Below are positions 54,601 to 64,000 of a stretch of DNA of 64,000 nucleotides, one piece after another. The DNA comes from the human T2T-CHM13v2.0 reference genome, Homo sapiens. Location: NCBI RefSeq assembly GCF_009914755.1, contig NC_060939.1; one strand, 5' to 3'. The translations under genes were made by a program, and so were the position numbers. A model generated the notes under the pieces. It had not been told where the DNA came from. It saw only the letters and a program-made list of their open reading frames with translations, and ran no database searches. The first letter of the stretch is position 1. Each line of letters begins with the position of its first letter.

Positions 54601-56582
54601 CTCCTCACTTCCCAGACGGGGTGGCTGCCGGGCGGAGGGGCTCCTCACTTCTCAGACGGGGCGGCTGCTGGGCTGAGGGGCACCTCACTTCTCAGACGGG
54701 GCGGTTGCCAGGCAGAGGGTCTCCTCACTTCTCAGACGGGGCGGCCCGGCAGAGACGCTCCTCACATCCCGGACGGGGCGGCAGGGCAGAGGCGCTCCCC
54801 ACATCTCAGACGATGGGCAGCCGGGCAGAGACGCTCCTCACTTCCTAGATGGGATGGCGGCCGGGAAGAGGCGCTCCTCACTTTCTAGATGTGATGGCGG
54901 CCAGGCAGAGACGCTCCTCACTTTCCAGACTGGGCAGCCAGGCAGAGGGGCTCCTCACATCCCAGACGATGGGCGGCCAGGCAGAGACGCTCCTCACTTC
55001 CCAGACGGGGTGGCGGCCGGGTAGAGGCTGCAATCTCGGCACTTTGGGAGGCCAAGGCAGGCTGCTGGGAGGTCGAGGTTGTAGCGAGCCGAGATCACGC
55101 CACTGCACTCCAGCCTGGGCACCATTGAGCACTGAGTGAACGAGACTCCGTCTGCAATCCCGGCACCTCGGGAGGCCGAGGCTGGCGGATCACTCATGGT
55201 TAGGAGCTGGAGACCAGCCCGGCCAACACAGCGAAACCCCGTCTCCACCAAAAAAATACGAAAACCAGTCAGGCGTGGCGGCGCACGCCTGCAATCGCAG
55301 GCACTCGGCAGGCTGAGGCAGGAGACTCAGGCCGGGAGGTTGCAGTGAGCCGAGATGGCAGCGGTACAGTCCAGCTTCGGCTCGGCATCAGAGGGAGACT
55401 GTGGAAAGAGAGGGAGAGGGAGACCGTGGGGAGAGAGAGGGAGAGGGAGAGGGAGAGGGAGACGGAGAGGGAGAGGGAGAGGGAGAGGGAGAGGGAGAGG
55501 GAGAGGGGTCTTTTGTTTTCTTTCCTCACTTTTCCCCAAGCAGAAGGAGCCTCTCTCTTTGCTGGCCTGCCTGGATATGTGGGAGAGGTGACCACAGTTT
55601 GTACCGTTCTGGGTCACACCTGAATTCACCATAGTACTGGGTCTTGTCCAAGTTCTGTGGTGACTACTGCTTGGCTACTGCTGATGTTTATTCAAGGCCC
55701 AGGGGCTCTTTAGTCAGCAGATGGTGAATCTTGCCAGGACATGGTCTTTCTCTTCAACACAGCAGGTTTTCTTCTGGCCCAGGCTGAGTCTAGAAATGCC
55801 ATCCAGGAGTGAGGGCCTGGGCTCAGAGGCTTCAGGAATCTGCTTGGTGCTTTATTTTTACTGTGGCTGAGCTGGTACCCAGGTGGCAAAACAAAGTCCT
55901 CTTTACTTTTCTCTCTTGTTTCCACGAGAGGAAGGAGTCTCTCTTTGAGCTGCACTGCCTGGAGAGTTGGGGGATGGGTGACACAAGTACTCCCCTGGCC
56001 ACCACAACTGGTGTCTCACTGGGTCTTGTGCACTCCATTTCCACTGGCTCTGAGCCCAACATAGTACCCAGATTTGCCCAAGGACTGCAGTCCTTGTGGC
56101 TTGACTGCCTTTCAAGTTTATTCAGGACCCTAGGGCACTTGTTTAGTCAGCTGGTGCTGGAGCTAGCTGGAACTCAGGTTCCTACCACTGGGGCAGAGGA
56201 TTGCCCTCTGGCAAGGGCCAGCTTAAATGCTCCCTCTGTGGGTGCTGGCAGAATTCTGCCCTGTGTTGTGTTCCCCTGTGACAGCACTGAGTTCCAACGC
56301 AAAGTCTCACAGTCATTTTGCTCTCTCCCACAAGTGCACAGATTATCTCTGCCACAGAATGGGGGAAGGGTGGTGTAGGCAATGAAGTACTGTGTTGTCT
56401 ACGCTTTTTAGTGCCTCTTTCCTTGATATGATGTTAAAACCAGGTACTGTGATCACTCATCTGATTTTTGGTTCTTATGAAAGTGCTTTCTTGTGGGGAT
56501 AGTTGTTCAATTTGGTGTTCTGAGGGGAAAGGGGTGGATGATTGCTGGAAGGTTCTATTTGGCCATCTTGCTTTACCTCCTC
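51610..56582 (-). mobile_element. Old L1 (L1M/L1PB-type) 5' portion: 5' UTR and ORF1 remnant, interrupted by SVA and two Alus
   Basis: 5' end AGCAAGATGGCC on the minus strand near 56570. ORF1-like peptide MTSPNELNKAP...[14 protein letters not shown] (53236->). Left boundary approximate. Confidence 0.75.
53542..55507 (-). mobile_element. Full-length SVA retrotransposon with 3' transduction
   Basis: (CCCTCT)n hexamers ~55410-55507, Alu-like region, GC-rich VNTR ~54340-55020, SINE-R, poly(A) ~53842-53864, ~290 bp extra sequence, second A-rich tail. 16-bp TSD gtcttttgttttcttt at 53526-53541 and 55508-55523. Confidence 0.93.
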
Positions 56583-56882
56583 CAAAAGGGGCTTGTTATG
56601 AATAACAATAGGTATTCCTTTTACTTTATCACTCTAGAGCTGTTTTAGGAGCCAGAGACAAAATCCAAATGTTATAACAATATGCTCCTATCCTTGTTAT
56701 CACTTAGAAAATTACAAGGATTTTAGGAGCTCTGACCAGTGGGGACAAAGACCAAAATATGTATTTCTTATATCACAGTATCACAGATGCCATTTCCATT
56801 TTTGTTAATAAGGCTACTTTAAAAATCTTAACTGAAAGTGTACCCATGTATCTATTTCACGTTAACATCTATTTCCCTGCAG

Positions 56883-56967
56883 GCCCGGGTCCTTTTTGTG
56901 CTGATTGTGCTGAGCCAGCTCACCATTCTCATTATTTTTAGATATCGAGGATACCCAGAGCTTAAAG
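56883..56967 (+). CDS. TMEM62: TMEM62 exon 11 (ARVLFVLIVLSQLTILIIFRYRGYPELK; TM helix); gene continues past window end
   Basis: Acceptor ttccctgcag|GCC, donor AAG|GTTAGT. 85 nt. Cumulative CDS is 1381 nt with no stop. Confidence 0.94.
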
Positions 56968-57000
56968 GTTAGTTATGGTTCCTTTTATTCCTATAAGCCT

Positions 57001-60230
<3,230 letters not shown>

Positions 60231-62984
60231 ATTCAGGCCAGGTGCAGTGGCTCATGCCTGTAATCCCAGTACTTTGGGAGGCCAAGGTGGATGGATCACT
60301 TGAGGTCAGGAGTTCTAGAGCACCGTGGCCAACATGGTGAAACCTTGTCTCTACTAAAAATACAAAAAATAGCCGGGTGTGGTGGCATGCACCTGTAATC
60401 CCAGCTACTCAGGAGGCTGAGGTTGCAGTGAGCCAAGACTGCGCCACTGCACTCCAGCCTGGGCAAAATAGTGAGACTCCATCTCAAAAAAACAAAACAA
60501 CCCATTAATTATTTCTTCAAATGTTCCTTTTCCTTTTGAGAGGTCACCAATGCCATGTCAGTATCACCTCTCTGGATTCCTGAATAGACTCCTAACTGCT
60601 GCTCTTATATCCAGTCTCTCTATCTAATTCATCCTCTTCATTATTAGCCAATTATCCTTCTTATGGCATCTCATCCATAGATCACTTCTGTATGCAAAAG
60701 CCTTAAGTGGCTTTCCAGAACACACTGAATAAAGGTCAGACATCTCTGCAAGACACTAAAAATCTTCCACAGTCTAGTCTTATTTAACTAGCCATGTCTT
60801 CAACCAGTTACCTGTATTTTAGCCTAGATACTTTTTCACTGTTCCCTATACGTGCCATGCTCATTTCTGCTTCTGTATTTTTCTCATAGTATTATCCCTA
60901 CTTTAAGTTATTTTTCTAAACTTATCTAAATCTTAGCCTCCTGTAAGGCTTACCTGAAGACCTCCTTTATCATACTGTTTTCTCCAGCCATTCCAGGTCA
61001 TAATGAGCTCTTGCTTATCTGAATCCCTATAGTCCTTTCTCACAATTAATTCTATACTTAATTAGACAGCCACTTTGCTTTATATAACCACTTCGAATGT
61101 ATATACATTTTCTCCTTAACCAGATAAGTTCCTCAATGCAGGAACTTTTTTTTTTTTTTTTTTTTTTAGACAGTCTCGCTGTGAACCCCAAGCTGGAGTG
61201 CAGTGGTATGATCTCAGCTCACTGCAATCTCTGCCACATGGGTTCTCAAGCAATTCTCTTGCCTCAGCCTCCCAAGTAGCTGGGACTACAGACATGCACC
61301 ACCACACCCAGGTAATTTTTGTATTTTTTTTTTAGTAGAGATGGGTTTCACCATGTTGGCCAGGCTGGTCTCAAACTCCTGACCTCAGGTGGATCCGCCT
61401 ACCTCAGACTCGCAAAGTGCTGGGATTACAGGCTTGAGCCACTGTGCCTGTCTTCAATGCAGGAACTCTTGCTTCCTAATTCTCTTCTGTTTCCCACAGC
61501 CCCCAGCACCAAATTTGTGTATAATAGACAATAAATACTTGTTGAATCAAATTTTCCTGATCCCTTCTTAATTTGGATGAAATCCCTGGGATTAAGGACT
61601 GATGATAGAGAAGGGGAGTATTGTAGTAATGATTAAACAGTAACATGATTAACTGAATAGGTACAGTACACATCCTACTGAATGTTTTTCTTCTTATATT
61701 TATTTTAAAAATTCTACGAAAAAGTTCAAGAAGCATTATTATACATGTGTATTTTCCTGAACATAATGTAAGTAAATAAATATTTGAAGTCCCCAGCCTC
61801 TTATATGGGGGCTCTCAATATTTTTATATAGTTATTTAAATTTGAAACATATTTTAACCTACATTGTTTCACTTAATCCTTAAAACAATCATGTGAGGTA
61901 GGTGCTATTGACCCCATTTTAAAGATTAGAAAACAAAGGTTTTGGGAGGTTATGTAAATTGTCCAAGGTTTCATAGCTAATAAGAGATAGAGGAGAGACT
62001 CCAAACCCAAGGCTTCTGACCCCAGGTCAGTTCTTTCCTCTAAACAAGACTTTTCCACTTTGGTCGTACCTTAGAAACTGCTGGGGGAACTTCTGAAATT
62101 TCAATAGCTATAACAGCATTCTATACCAATTACATCAGAATCTCTAGGGTGGGACCTAAGCATCAGTATCTTTTAAAGCTCCCTGGATGATTCCAATGTG
62201 CAGTCAAGACTGAGAAGCACGGCTTTGTCTAAAGCAGTATTTCTCAATCCTGACTGCTTAGAATCACTGGGTTGCTGCCTAAGATCTCCCTCTACCCCAG
62301 GCAAATTAAATCAGAATCTCTGGAGGGTGAGATACAAGCATGAGTATTTTCTAAAAGTTCCCCTAGGTTATTCTAATGTGCAGCCAAAATGGAGAATAAT
62401 TACTTAAAATTTAAAGAATAGCTGCCTCTAAGGCTAAAGGATTTTTTAAAATAATAAATAATTATTATTCTATCTGAATATGTAGGCTAATACTTTGAGA
62501 AGTACAGACTAGAACAAAAAAGAAGCTGAGAGAGTAACACAAAGTAGGAAAGGTCATGCATTATCAGGCTTTGCATAAAATGAAGTGTTAGGCTGAGCAA
62601 GGTTATAAGTATAAAATGAATGTGCTGGTCTTTTAGCAAAGACATGACTTATTTAACTTACATCAGACTGTCTTTCATTGAGACTAGTCCTTTAAATATT
62701 TTTTACCAGTAGTGTTGCTCAGTGTATACTGAACTTCCTTTCATAGTCCTCAGCTGACTGGTTTATGGCCAGCCACATGCATGGGTGACATGGCTGGTTG
62801 GGGCTGAGGATCTGTGGTACTGTAGACTGTGGCCGCAGAATGGAGCTTCTCTGAGTCAAGCCCTTACACTTGGGCTTTTTGGCACTGTATTTTAAAAGCA
62901 CGTTAATTTGGAAAGTTTAGGGAAGCCTTTCAGTTGGAGTAAGAGGTTAGCTGTGCGTTAAGAACTGTAGAAATAGGGAAAGCG

Positions 62985-64000
62985 CTGGCAGCCAAGATGG
63001 CCGAACAGGAACAGCTCCGGTCTACACCTCCCAGCGTGAGTGACACAGAAGACGGGTGATTTCTGCATTTCCATCTGAGGTACCAGGTTCATCTCACTAG
63101 GGAGTGCCAGACAGTGGGCGCAGGACAGTGGGTCCAGCGCACCGTGCGTGAGCCGAAGCAGGGCGAGGCATTGCCTCACTCGGGAAGCGCAAGGGGTCGG
63201 GGAGTTCCCTTTCCTAGTCAAAGAAAGGGGTAACAGAGGGCACCTGGACAATTGGGTCACTCCCACCCTAATACTGCGCTTTTCTGATGGGCTTAAAAAA
63301 CAGCGCACCAGCAGATTATATCCCGCACCTGGCTTGGAGGGTCCTACACCCACGGAGTCTCGCTGATTGCTAGCACAGCGGTCTGAGATCAAACTGCAAG
63401 GCAGCAGTGAGGCTGGGGGAGGGGCGCCCGCCATTGCCCAGGCTTGCTTAGGTAAACAAAGCAGCCGGGAAGCTCGAACTGGGTGGAGCCCACCACAGCT
63501 CAAGGAGGCCTGCCTGCCTCTGTAGGCTCCACCTCTGGGGGCAGGGCACAGACAAACAAAAAGACAGCAGTCACCTCTGAAGACTTAAATGTCCCTGTCT
63601 GACAGCTTTGAAGAGAGCAGTGGTTCTCCCAGCACGCAGCTGGAGATCTGAGAATGGGCAGACTGCCTCCTCAAGTGGGTCCCTGACCCCTGACCCCCGA
63701 GCAGCCCAACTGGGAGGCACCCCCAGTAGGGGCAGACTGACATCTCACACGGCCGGGTACTCCTCTGAGACAAAAGTTCCAGAGGAACAATCAGACAGCA
63801 GCATTCGCGGTTCACGAAAATCCGCTGTTCTGCAGCCACCACTGATGATACCCAGGCAAACAGGGTCTGGAGTGGACCTCTAGCAAACTCCAACAGACCT
63901 GCAGCTGAGGGTCCTGTCTGTTAGAAGGAAAACTAACAAACAGAAAGGACATCCACACCAAAAACCCATCTGTACATCACCATCATCAAAGACCAAAAGT
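62985..64000 (+). mobile_element. L1PA3/L1PA4-type LINE-1, intact 5' UTR (runs off window)
   Basis: YY1 site CAAGATGGCCG 62993-63003, canonical L1PA 5' UTR, antisense ORF0 start at 63434. Carries the ~129-bp segment (63764-63891) absent from L1PA2/L1HS. Confidence 0.92.

Noticed and set aside
54202-55634. Repetitive RE/EG/RG and Pro/Gly-rich ORFs, and an array-like repeat
   Set aside because: These are the SVA hexamer and VNTR. Not genes and not a CRISPR array.

Overview
Primate (almost certainly human) euchromatic DNA, very Alu-rich (about 45 copies). The main gene is TMEM62 on the + strand. Its CpG-island promoter lies at ~20.7-21.4 kb, and coding exons 1-11 (1381 nt, 460 codons, all GT-AG introns, frame-consistent) encode a signal anchor, a calcineurin-like metallophosphoesterase domain with all five metal-binding motifs, and the first C-terminal TM helix. 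The gene continues beyond the window. Four processed pseudogenes lie within 26 kb: RPS3A (-), SPCS2 (+, split by an Alu), FDPS (-, inside a full-length Tigger1) and an ENHO/adropin retrocopy (+) in TMEM62 intron 3. I do not recall that ENHO copy being annotated. Other elements are a MER11 (HML-8) solo LTR, an SVA carrying a ~290-bp 3' transduction, the intact 5' UTR of an L1PA3/4-type element with an extended ORF0, and an orphan CpG-rich promoter-like island with an RFX X-box ~10.5 kb upstream of TMEM62. There are also several small templated-insertion scars. Most entries in the ORF track are Alu, L1 or SVA artefacts. I found no new multi-gene system. Gene and repeat names come from recognition and were not checked against a database.
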